Assembly: GCA_965242865.1 (NCBI GenBank)
Contig: CBDETK010000013.1
Span: forward strand, 3,616,001 to 3,680,000
Direction of reading: 5' to 3'
DNA: 64,000 nucleotides
DNA from: Candidatus Latescibacterota bacterium
GTDB taxonomy: Bacteria; Latescibacterota; UBA2968; UBA8231
The stretch's first letter is position 1. Every line of letters begins with the position of its first letter. A model generated the notes under the pieces. It did not search any database and was not told the DNA's origin. It saw nothing but the letters and a program-made list of their open reading frames with translations. Below are positions 27,811 to 36,223 of the stretch, piece by piece. Both the position numbers and the translations under genes were made by a program.

Positions 27811-28464
27811 TCAATTGTGGTTCTGTTTTTTGTCTTGAATTAGTTTCGCTCCGACCTCCAAAAGTGCTTGGGGGCCATTTCGTCGCAATCCTTTAATGTA
27901 CATCTCAGGCTTATTAGCTCGATATTGGACTTCTTCAGCGAAGAAATAGGCAATGTCGGTGTTGGCCTTGATCCACCTTTCTTTTTGAACTAGATTTTGG
28001 ATAGCTCTTCGGATAGCGAGTGGGTCAGTCCAGTTTGCTTTGAAAACCACCTTACCCTCTTTGTCAATTATCCAACTCATATTGGGTCGGGACCCGTAAA
28101 GCTTGTGAGCTTTTTCATCAAACCTATCGACCCATATATCGCGCTTTACACCATATAATCTCTTGAATGCCCATGCGTGATCTATTTTCTGTTCAATTGA
28201 GCGGTGTTCAGGCCAGTATTCTCCTGGATGTGCCTCGGATGTATATACAAAAACTAGTTCAAAACCAAATTCTGAAAACTCTACATTTAAATATTCCATC
28301 GCTGGAATGACATCGACACAGTAGGGACAAGTAATACTTCCAAATTCGAGGACCACATGTTGTCGGCCGATATAGTCCGATAAGTTGGCTTCTCCCTTTC
28401 CCAGATTAATAGCGCAGAAATCTGGAGCTTGCTCAAGCAGTTTTATCCTGTCTGTGAAACTCAT
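27811..28464 (-). CDS. Thioredoxin-fold, deiodinase-like protein with CxxC
   Basis: APDF, VLEFGSITCPYC, VYTSEAHPGE, YGSRPN..WIIDKEGKVVF. Confidence 0.75.
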   Translation of the reverse strand: MSFTDRIKLLEQAPDFCAINLGKGEANLSDYIGRQHVVLEFGSITCPYCVDVIPAMEYLNVEFSEFGFELVFVYTSEAHPGEYWPEHRSIEQKIDHAWAFKRLYGVKRDIWVDRFDEKAHKLYGSRPNMSWIIDKEGKVVFKANWTDPLAIRRAIQNLVQKERWIKANTDIAYFFAEEVQYRANKPEMYIKGLRRNGPQALLEVGAKLIQDKKQNHN

Positions 28465-28507
28465 AACAGCGATCTTAAGTTTAACTGTAGGTCTACTAGT
28501 CTTACCG

Positions 28508-28552
28508 AAAAGTGCAATGAGCCTTAATTTTCATCATTAAGGCTCATTGCAC
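28508..28552 (-). terminator. Stem-loop with short U-tract downstream of precursor genes
   Basis: Perfect 17-bp stem 28512-28528/28536-28552 followed by TTTT on the minus strand. Confidence 0.75.
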
Positions 28553-28610
28553 AGACTCAGGAGGGGTGTCTCAAACCTTAACCATCAGGTTATTTGGTTT
28601 GGATTGAGGG

Positions 28611-28754
28611 TTAGCAATTGACTTTCCGAGTACAATTGGCATCATAGGCCTGGCTACCGCCAGCAGTGACTAGCCCCACGGCATTGCCGAACCTAACCAC
28701 GACGGGAATGACATATTCCTTTTTCGCGGTCTTTGCCTGTTCTTCCTTACTCAT
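28611..28754 (-). CDS. Lasso peptide precursor A2 (47 aa; not in ORF track)
   Basis: Hand translation MSKEEQAKTAKKEYVIPVVVRFGNAVGLVTAGGSQAYDANCTRKVNC; AAGGAGGTG RBS; YxxPxVxxxG leader; Asp ring acceptor. Confidence 0.9.
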   Translation of the reverse strand: MSKEEQAKTAKKEYVIPVVVRFGNAVGLVTAGGSQAYDANCTRKVNC

Positions 28755-28792
28755 GATTTATCACCTCCTTCCTTCTAGGTTTCATCTTGTGT

Positions 28793-28954
28793 CTAACCGC
28801 AGTGTTGACGGGTCCCTCCTGTTTCGAACTGGCAGTTGCCATTACCAGCGGCGAGCGTGGCAACATTGCCGAAATTGACTAGTACAGGGGACTGATAGTT
28901 CTTCTTTTTTGGAGGAACCTGTCCCTGCTCGTGAGGTTGGTGCTTCTTGTGCAT
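28793..28954 (-). CDS. Lasso peptide precursor A1 (53 aa)
   Basis: MHKKHQPHEQGQVPPKKKNYQSPVLVNFGNVATLAAGNGNCQFETGGTRQHCG; AAAGGAGA RBS; YxxPxLxxxG leader; core G1...E8. Confidence 0.9.
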   Translation of the reverse strand: MHKKHQPHEQGQVPPKKKNYQSPVLVNFGNVATLAAGNGNCQFETGGTRQHCG

Positions 28955-29012
28955 TTTCAGTCTCCTTTCACTCCAGTGGCTAAAGTTGTATTGACACCGA
29001 CTCCTGAGTCGA

Positions 29013-30974
29013 TTAGATGCCATATTTTCTATGCATTCTATCGAGCCATAGCTCGATAGAAAGAGCATTTAGAAGATTCCCCAGATGTGTCCAATTACCT
29101 TGCATCCAATGAGATAGACTTCGTGTAAATTTATCGTGATCTAAATAGCCTCTCCTAACCGTTTCAAATCCTCTCGTCTGGCCCTTCTCTATGAGACGGG
29201 GCAATTCTTGCTGTAAGCCTCTAAGAGCTGGACGACCGAAATCAGGGCCTCTTCGACGCGTCCTCACTTCTTCAGGTAGTATATCTTTTAGTGCCTCCCG
29301 CATAATTACTTTTCTATGACGTCTACCTGAAGGCACTTCAATATAGGTCTTCAAGCCCATAGGTACACCTAGCATATATTCAAGAAGACGCTTATCATAG
29401 TATGGCATACGTATTTCGATAGATTGAGGCGACGCGACATATTCATCCATCCAACAGTATCCTGTGTCTTCATATAACGACCGATACTCAATCCGCATAG
29501 ACTGAACTGGGAAATGACGATCTGGAAGTAATTCTCGGAGTCTTTTACGGGCACCCATTTTTTTGGCAAAATCGGGATTCACCCAGTCTACCATAACAGG
29601 GCCTCCAAAGGAATCGAAATAATGCCAGTATTCAGGCTTGACGTGTAAAATAGGACTCAAGATAGTTTGCCAAAACTCGGGAACGAGGGGTTTAATAGCA
29701 AAATTTATTAAAGCATGTAGGTACGTCTGGTTCCTTGCATATGACCACATTTTAAGCTCACGCGTTAGCTCTTTGAACCTTCCCTTACGTAATAGATCGG
29801 CTAGATATAAGGGATTACCTTGTAGAATGGCATCTCCACCATCCCCCCTAAGCCAAACTCGTGCGCCAAATCTATATACAGCCGAAACAGTACGTAATAC
29901 CTGATCATAAGCTGAGAATCCACCACTCGGCTCATCTGTAAGGGGAGCATGTTGAAGCTGATTCTGAAAAAGGAAAAAGTCGTCCGACGGAATTTCAATG
30001 GTATTTTTGATTTGGTATTTATCTACTACTTGCCGTTGAAAATACCGCTCATCTGACTCAGGAAAGTCATCAAAGACCATTGAGCAGGTTGTAAAGCCGT
30101 TAGAAGGAATCTCGCCTTGATTATATATCTCTTGTGCCATAGACACAATCGAGGACGAGTCCAAACCACCGCTGAGGTCTGAGACCACGGGTTTCATACA
30201 ACGCAACCGGCACCTAACCGCCTCGCGAAAAAGTTCCCGTAGCCGTTCTTGATAGTCTTCGGTTTTCTGATAGCGAACCTCAGAAACTTCACGCGGGTCC
30301 CAATAAGCAATAGGGTCACTTACCCCATGCCGATCTACTTTTATATAATGAGCCGGTGGTAATCTCAATATATCCTCAAATACAGTAGTTGGAGTAGATA
30401 GCGGTCCAACTGCACAATATAACAGATAGTCAAGGATATAGTTATCATTTATTTTCATCGGAAAGGATGGTTCCTGAAAAATCTGTCTAATCGAAGACCC
30501 CCATATCAAAGTATTCTTGAACTTAGTATAATAAAACGGACGGATCCCCATAAAATCACGTGCACAGAGCAGTGTTTCCGTTTTCGCATCCCAGATGGAA
30601 AATGCGAAATCCCCAACTATTTTTTTTAAGCATTCAATATTCCATTTTTCGTAAGACAGCAAAATTAACTCTGCATCTGTCGGGGAAAATTGAGGGGTTT
30701 TATCTTTTTTTAATAGAGAGATCAGCTCATCCCGATTATCTACGCGCCCATCGCAGACTATCCAGATATTGGAACCCCTAATCGACAAGGGCTGGATCTC
30801 CCTGTAGGATTCTTCGGTCGTATGAAATTGGCAATGAGCCATACCTATATGGTATAGTACAGTCTGATTTACCCGTTCAGCACCCCGATGAGAAATTTGC
30901 ATAATCATATTTTTCAGCATATTCTCATCAATCGGTTTTTTGTCTAGGTTTAATATCCCCGCAATACCAGCCAT
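29013..30974 (-). CDS. Lasso peptide macrolactam cyclase (asparagine synthetase-like, C protein)
   Basis: AsnB fold; N-terminus MAGIAG lacks the Ntn Cys; SDLSGGLDSSS; adjacent to B1/B2 and precursors. Confidence 0.92.
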   Translation of the reverse strand: MAGIAGILNLDKKPIDENMLKNMIMQISHRGAERVNQTVLYHIGMAHCQFHTTEESYREIQPLSIRGSNIWIVCDGRVDNRDELISLLKKDKTPQFSPTDAELILLSYEKWNIECLKKIVGDFAFSIWDAKTETLLCARDFMGIRPFYYTKFKNTLIWGSSIRQIFQEPSFPMKINDNYILDYLLYCAVGPLSTPTTVFEDILRLPPAHYIKVDRHGVSDPIAYWDPREVSEVRYQKTEDYQERLRELFREAVRCRLRCMKPVVSDLSGGLDSSSIVSMAQEIYNQGEIPSNGFTTCSMVFDDFPESDERYFQRQVVDKYQIKNTIEIPSDDFFLFQNQLQHAPLTDEPSGGFSAYDQVLRTVSAVYRFGARVWLRGDGGDAILQGNPLYLADLLRKGRFKELTRELKMWSYARNQTYLHALINFAIKPLVPEFWQTILSPILHVKPEYWHYFDSFGGPVMVDWVNPDFAKKMGARKRLRELLPDRHFPVQSMRIEYRSLYEDTGYCWMDEYVASPQSIEIRMPYYDKRLLEYMLGVPMGLKTYIEVPSGRRHRKVIMREALKDILPEEVRTRRRGPDFGRPALRGLQQELPRLIEKGQTRGFETVRRGYLDHDKFTRSLSHWMQGNWTHLGNLLNALSIELWLDRMHRKYGI

Positions 30975-31022
30975 CTTATTTTCCTTAATCGGTCAATCGG
31001 TCGTTTTATCCGTAATCGTGGA

Positions 31023-31463
31023 TCAGCAAACAGATATTACCGAATACCTATCTCTAAGATCCACAGAATCATTTACTACTTTGCCATAGCACTCAACCCA
31101 AGCATGAAAAACTAGCGGAGGGAACTTCGTATATCCGATACACAACTCAGCCGGAAACCTATACTTTCTAAGCAAGGAACAGATAACCAAAGACCTTTCA
31201 AGGCACTTTACGCGCCTTACATAAATTCGTGCGGCCTGCTTACCAATTTCTGAGATAAGGTCTACCAAATCAACTTCAGAAACCATTTGGTTTTCGTTCC
31301 TTGGCTTCGTAATAACGTGCTGCTTCACTAGGCTCTGGGCACATTTTCCAAAGCCGAACAGTCGCAGATATATATCGGTTTTTACATAGAGCGTGTACGC
31401 CTGTAAAAAAATGTAGAAATACTTTAGCCGCTTTTCAGGGGCCATTAAATTGGTGTCAGTCAT
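31023..31463 (-). CDS. Lasso peptide leader peptidase B2 (transglutaminase-like)
   Basis: KCLERSL, LCIG, FHAWVE...VVND (Cys-His-Asp). Confidence 0.92.
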   Translation of the reverse strand: MTDTNLMAPEKRLKYFYIFLQAYTLYVKTDIYLRLFGFGKCAQSLVKQHVITKPRNENQMVSEVDLVDLISEIGKQAARIYVRRVKCLERSLVICSLLRKYRFPAELCIGYTKFPPLVFHAWVECYGKVVNDSVDLRDRYSVISVC

Positions 31464-31746
31464 TTCGTATATCTAACACTCCGTTTTTATTTAACTCAGT
31501 TATCAGAGCTAATATATCTCCCCGTAACTGATCTTCGCCGACATCGTATTCCTCCATTAAATCTCTCAATATCTGCTCTATGGCTATACCGTCTTTTTTA
31601 TGATTCGCCAGTTCCCAGAAACTTTTACCGACAGCTACCAACCCATAGAACTCGCCGCTTTCAAAATTCAGGATCACCACATTTTCGCCATCTATTGTCG
31701 ATTCAACATGGTCTGGAATCGAAATCTTAGTTGAGGGATCTATCAT
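31456..31746 (-). CDS. Lasso peptide RRE / PqqD-family B1 protein
   Basis: DGENVVILNFESGEFYGL..VG..FWEL...L..EYDV....L..DI..LI.EL...G. Confidence 0.92.
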   Translation of the reverse strand: MIDPSTKISIPDHVESTIDGENVVILNFESGEFYGLVAVGKSFWELANHKKDGIAIEQILRDLMEEYDVGEDQLRGDILALITELNKNGVLDIRND

Positions 31747-31939
31747 TATTTCTTTTTTTAAAGTAACGTTAAGTAAGGTTAGGTATAGTGTGAAGGCTCC
31801 TGAGCATAAATGGCTTGGGTTCTCACCCCGAACTTTGCTGTTATACCGCTATAGGAGATAGAGATATCGATCGTATGTTTTGGACTTGGGACTTGGATAT
31901 ATTTAGTATAGTATTAGATATTTGTCAAGCGAAAAATGG

Positions 31940-32196
31940 ACTTGTCTCAAGTATTACCGGCAGGCCAACCCCGACGGGAGCGGCAATGTCCGTCTTGACG
32001 AGGTGACCATCGGCGAGGAGGGAAGGATTGTGTATCTGCGGGGGTACGGTTTTGTCCGAGTATTTCGGACTGTCTCCCGACACAGGGGGTTGAGGACGGA
32101 GATCGGTTGGTACGAGGCCAAGACCGCCATCGTCAGAGAGGCTGTACGCCGCTATCTCAGACAGCCCACCTACTACCTCAACCCAACTGCGTAGTC
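31940..32196 (+). mobile_element. IS701-family-like transposase remnant
   Basis: NPDGSGN...VYLRGYGFVRVFRTVS joined by a deletion to WYEAKTAIVREAVRRYL..P....PTA*; ends caactgcgta. Confidence 0.6.
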
Positions 32197-32351
32197 ACGC
32201 GCAACTGCTCGAAGTTGTCGCGATTGATCTGATCGGCTGGGGTGTAGCGGGTGCCGCCTCGGTCGGCTCCGTAATGCGGCCAATCAACGGCACCGGCAGA
32301 CGCGGCGAGCGACCACGACGCCAGCAAAATCCCACAGGCTCGTTTGTTCAT
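32196..32351 (-). pseudogene. 5' remnant of third PQQ-ankyrin gene
   Basis: MNKRACGILL...VDWPHYGADRGGTRYTPADQINRDNFEQLRV is closely similar to the start of 14178-17126 and is cut at the IS remnant. Confidence 0.85.
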
Positions 32352-32361
32352 GCTTTCTCCT

Positions 32362-35244
32362 CTATTGTTTTGCTTCCTTGGTCGCCGCATCCGATGCGCC
32401 GAGGGCCTTGCGCATGGCGTCGTTGTCATAGTAGCCGGCCCAATCGTACGGCGTCTCGCCCCAGCGGGCGTCGCCAATAGTCCTAGCCGCGCCCCTTTTG
32501 AGCAAGTAGCGAATCAACTCGACGTCTTCGGTATCAACGGCCTTGTGCAGGGCTGTGCTGCCCCAGTCCCACGGCCAGAACCCGCCGACTAAAGCGTCGA
32601 TGTTGGCCCCGCGCTCCAACAAGAAATCAATGGCCTCCCGGCCGCCGCTGTACACCGCATAGTGCAGGGCCTCATCGACGACCTGCTGGCCGGTGAGGAC
32701 GGTGTCGGGGTTGGCGCGGTAGAGGCGATTGGCCTCGGGCGTGGGCGCACTGTCTTTGAAAAAGCCAGCCATCAGGTCCGTGCGATTGAGCCCAGCGGCA
32801 AAGCGCAAATCAACCTCGGCCCCAGCACGGAGAAGCACCTCGGCCAACTCCCTTTCGCGGCGGATCAGCAGGTCGTGCAGCAGCTTGCCGTTGTTGCGGT
32901 TGGGGTCGGCCCCCTTGTCGTACAGCAACGAGAGCAGATCGCCCTTGGTCCCGGCCCATTCAAGCTGAACAGCGGTAGTTGCAAGCTCGGCCGTGGTCGC
33001 TGAATCGAGCGTCGCGGCATCGGGATCGGCACCCGCGTTGAGCAGGGCCGCGGCCAAGCTCACGGCATTATTGGGCAGGGCCGCACGCAGCGGTGCGCCG
33101 GCCGTCAGGTGCAAGAGCGTGGCACCGCGCAAGCGGGGGAACTCGTACCACTCGTCCAAAAAGCCGCGGGCCTGCGCTAGTCCGGTGTGCTCTTTGAGGA
33201 GCGTGCTCAACTGCTCGCTGTCGCCCGCGTCAATAGCTCTTACCGCCTCGTAATAGGCTCTGTGGTCGGCGTCTTGGCGGCTCTCGCCCTGCTCGGGGAT
33301 GGCCTCGCCCGGGCGCGGAATGGCCAAGGCCACGAGCTCGCTCGGCCGGTAGGAATCGCCCAGCGACAAGACCACGTATTGGCGGCCGGCCGCTTGGTAC
33401 ACGGCCGGGCTAGCATACGCATTGCCCGGCAATTCGACTTGGCCGACCAACTCGCCCGTCATCGGGTCAAAGGCCCGCAAATACGCCTCGCGCTGCACGA
33501 AGTAACCTCGGCCGGCGGCCGGACCGAAGTGGCCATCGCGCGGGTCTTCGGTCGCGGTCAGCAGGAGCGTCGCGGTCAGCAGCGGAAAGGTCCGCGAAGG
33601 CCAACCCAAGTCTTCTTTGATTTCGAGGTCGCGCAGCAGGGGATGGTCAACCGGCCCGCGGCCCATCGGTCGCATCCACAGGTGCCGGCCCGTGTTGAGG
33701 TCAATGGCGGTGAGGCGACCGTAGGGCGGCTTGAGCAGCGGCAGGTTTTCCGCAGCGGTGAAGTTGTGCCTGACGACGCCAGTATATGCGGAAGCGGCCT
33801 CGCTGTCGTCGGTCGGTCGCAGCGTTACCAGATAAGGCATGGTCTTGGAAGGCACGTAGAGTACGCCCGTCGCCGGATTCACCGCGCCGCCCGACCAATC
33901 CGAGCCGCCCAAAAGGCCCGGCACAAAAACCGTTCCCTTTTCCGCCGGCGGCGCGTACAAGGGGCCGTAGCTGTGCCCCCCAATCGCCTCCATTGCCATT
34001 TGCCGCAGTCCGGGCGTGAAGTCGATCAGGTCGTCGATGCTCAAGCCTTGGCGGTCGTACGGCCGGGGCCAGACGGGGATTGGCTGGGTCGCAGCGACCG
34101 CTTCGCCAGCGATGGTCGAGGGTGGCACCGGCATCTCGACGATCGGCCACACCGGCGCACCTGTGACGCGGTCAAAGACAAAGCAGAAGGCTTGTTTGGT
34201 CAGTTGCACTACGGCTTGGATCGGCTTGCCGCCAACCTCGATATCGACGAGGATCGGCGCGGCCGGCGGATCGTAGTCCCAAACTCCGTGATGGGCAATC
34301 TGGAAGTGCCAGACCCGGTCCCCGGTCCGGGCGTCGAGACAAACGATGCTGTCGCCGAAGAGGTTGTCGCCCGGGCGCTCGCCGCCGTAAAAGTCATTGC
34401 TCGGGGTGCTAACGGGCAGATAGACGTAGCCCAACGCGGGGTCGAGGCTCATCATCGACCACACATTGGCTCCCCCAAAGTCCTTCCACGAGCCGGCCCC
34501 CCAAGTCTCATGGCCTAAGTCGCCTTCTTGGGGAATCGTCTCAAAGATCCACTTTTGCTCGCCGGTGCGTACATCAAAGGCGCGCACATCGCCCGGCGGC
34601 ATGGGCCGGGGCACGGGTTGCCCGCGAATGTCCGGGATGGACGAGCCGACGATGGCCAAGCGACCGTAGATCATCGGTGGCGAGACCGAAAGGTATTCAC
34701 CGCGCCGCACCGCCCGGCGCATGCCTTGGGTCAGATCGACGCACCCGCTGTCGCCGAAGGCTGGGTCGGGATGGCCGGTCTCGGCGTCGAGCGAGTAGAG
34801 GTAGCCGTCGGTCGTGCCGAAGAGGACGCGCTTGGTGCCGCCCTCTTCCCAATAGGCTACGCCTCGATGGGTGCTGGAAAACCAGCCATCGAGACGCCAA
34901 GACTGCGGATCGAACTTCCACAACTCCTCGCCGGTGGCTGCGTTGAGCGCGGCCACGATGCCAAAGGGCGAGCTAGCGTAGAGTACTCCATTGACGACGA
35001 TTGGCGTACTGCGGTAGTAGTTTCTATCGACATCGTGCTCTGTGAGAATTTCCGCCTCCGGGGGCCGCCAACGCCATACAATGCGTACGTCGGCGAAGTT
35101 ATCGCGGTCGATCTGAGCAAGCGGCGCGTACTTGGTGCTGCCCGCGTCGCCGCCGTAATAGCGCCAGTCCGCCGATTGGGAGGACGCGGCCGCATGAAGC
35201 AGCAGAACGCAAAAAAAGCCAACGCCGAAACCGATCTGTCTCAC
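32362..35244 (-). CDS. PQQ-dependent dehydrogenase fused to C-terminal ankyrin repeats
   Basis: WRYYGGDAGSTKYAPL, HHGVWDYDPPAAP, KPPYG; GATLLHL, STALHKAV, GETPYDWA. Confidence 0.87.
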   Translation of the reverse strand: MRQIGFGVGFFCVLLLHAAASSQSADWRYYGGDAGSTKYAPLAQIDRDNFADVRIVWRWRPPEAEILTEHDVDRNYYRSTPIVVNGVLYASSPFGIVAALNAATGEELWKFDPQSWRLDGWFSSTHRGVAYWEEGGTKRVLFGTTDGYLYSLDAETGHPDPAFGDSGCVDLTQGMRRAVRRGEYLSVSPPMIYGRLAIVGSSIPDIRGQPVPRPMPPGDVRAFDVRTGEQKWIFETIPQEGDLGHETWGAGSWKDFGGANVWSMMSLDPALGYVYLPVSTPSNDFYGGERPGDNLFGDSIVCLDARTGDRVWHFQIAHHGVWDYDPPAAPILVDIEVGGKPIQAVVQLTKQAFCFVFDRVTGAPVWPIVEMPVPPSTIAGEAVAATQPIPVWPRPYDRQGLSIDDLIDFTPGLRQMAMEAIGGHSYGPLYAPPAEKGTVFVPGLLGGSDWSGGAVNPATGVLYVPSKTMPYLVTLRPTDDSEAASAYTGVVRHNFTAAENLPLLKPPYGRLTAIDLNTGRHLWMRPMGRGPVDHPLLRDLEIKEDLGWPSRTFPLLTATLLLTATEDPRDGHFGPAAGRGYFVQREAYLRAFDPMTGELVGQVELPGNAYASPAVYQAAGRQYVVLSLGDSYRPSELVALAIPRPGEAIPEQGESRQDADHRAYYEAVRAIDAGDSEQLSTLLKEHTGLAQARGFLDEWYEFPRLRGATLLHLTAGAPLRAALPNNAVSLAAALLNAGADPDAATLDSATTAELATTAVQLEWAGTKGDLLSLLYDKGADPNRNNGKLLHDLLIRRERELAEVLLRAGAEVDLRFAAGLNRTDLMAGFFKDSAPTPEANRLYRANPDTVLTGQQVVDEALHYAVYSGGREAIDFLLERGANIDALVGGFWPWDWGSTALHKAVDTEDVELIRYLLKRGAARTIGDARWGETPYDWAGYYDNDAMRKALGASDAATKEAKQ

Positions 35245-35417
35245 GCACTCCTCTCTTTTGTATCAAGGTCCTAAGTACGCGACCCCTATGATTCGTCCGG
35301 TACGGTATGGAGGCGGGTGGCTGGGAGCCGTGTGCTTAGTGCAAGGTCTTAAGCGAAGGACGAGTTGGCGTTAAACAGTGTCAACGGGGCCGTTCGTCGC
35401 AACGACTCCTGCGAGCT

Positions 35418-36161
35418 TCAGCGGTACTGGTCCAAATTCCCCTTGTATTCCAAGCCCAGCACTTCCCGGCCCCGCGCCGTATTGCAGGTGGCGTCGGCTT
35501 CGGGCATGCCCACGATGTGCAGCACATCGAACTTCACTTCGTCCCGCTCCAAGGCCAGTCGGCAGGCTTCGGCCAAATCGTGGCGGCAGACCAAGCCGTT
35601 GCGGATGTTCTGCAATGGCTCCCGGTGTCTGCCGATTCCCAAGCGCGAATCCACGATATAGTCGGGCCGCAAGACCACGATAGGCAGCCCAAAGGCTTCG
35701 TGAAACTGGCGGCACATTTCCTCCTGTAATCGCTTGCCCACCGCGTACAGGCTGCCGTCGGGCCGCCGCACCTCCGCGGAGAAGAAAATTCCCTCGGGAT
35801 GCACGGTCTGGCACGAGCCGATGTGTACTACTTTGCGGACGCCCTGCTCTTGGGCCGCTTGCAGGACATTCCACAACCCCTTGAGATTGACGAGGAAGGG
35901 CTTGTCGTCGTCCGGGTCGCCGCCAGAGTAAACCGCCGTGTGAATGACGCAATCTACGCCGCAGATGGCTCGCTCCACCGCGCGGTAATCAACTATATCG
36001 CCGTGGATCACTTCGCCGCCGTTCCAAGCACCGTCTAGGTCGCGCCAAGCCTCCCACGCTTGGGGGCCGTAGTCAAAGGCGCGGACATCGCGTTTGCCAG
36101 CCAAATTTTGCAAGACAGCGCGGCCCAACCAACCGGCAGCACCGAAAACCACTGTTTTCAT
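35418..36161 (-). CDS. NAD-dependent epimerase/dehydratase (extended SDR)
   Basis: GAAGWLG, YAVGK (YxxxK). Confidence 0.85.
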   Translation of the reverse strand: MKTVVFGAAGWLGRAVLQNLAGKRDVRAFDYGPQAWEAWRDLDGAWNGGEVIHGDIVDYRAVERAICGVDCVIHTAVYSGGDPDDDKPFLVNLKGLWNVLQAAQEQGVRKVVHIGSCQTVHPEGIFFSAEVRRPDGSLYAVGKRLQEEMCRQFHEAFGLPIVVLRPDYIVDSRLGIGRHREPLQNIRNGLVCRHDLAEACRLALERDEVKFDVLHIVGMPEADATCNTARGREVLGLEYKGNLDQYR

Positions 36162-36223
36162 CGGGGACTCCTTTCTCAAAATCGCCACGACCAAAGGCAG
36201 CACGGCAGTCGCTCGCTATTATT

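Noticed and set aside
28793-29068. 91-aa ORF as given in the track
   Set aside because: The real start is the ATG at 28954, which has a strong RBS; the extension overlaps the cyclase gene.
29013-30974. Asparagine synthetase asnB
   Set aside because: It lacks the N-terminal catalytic Cys and is flanked by B1, B2 and precursors, so it is a lasso cyclase.
31456-31746. PQQ biosynthesis gene pqqD serving the neighbouring PQQ dehydrogenases
   Set aside because: No pqqA/B/C/E; it overlaps the lasso B2 gene, so it is an RRE.
33187-34518. Long antisense ORFs (also 2662-3453, 36884-37786, 42693-43547 and similar)
   Set aside because: Shadow frames of GC-rich genes on the opposite strand with no recognisable motifs.
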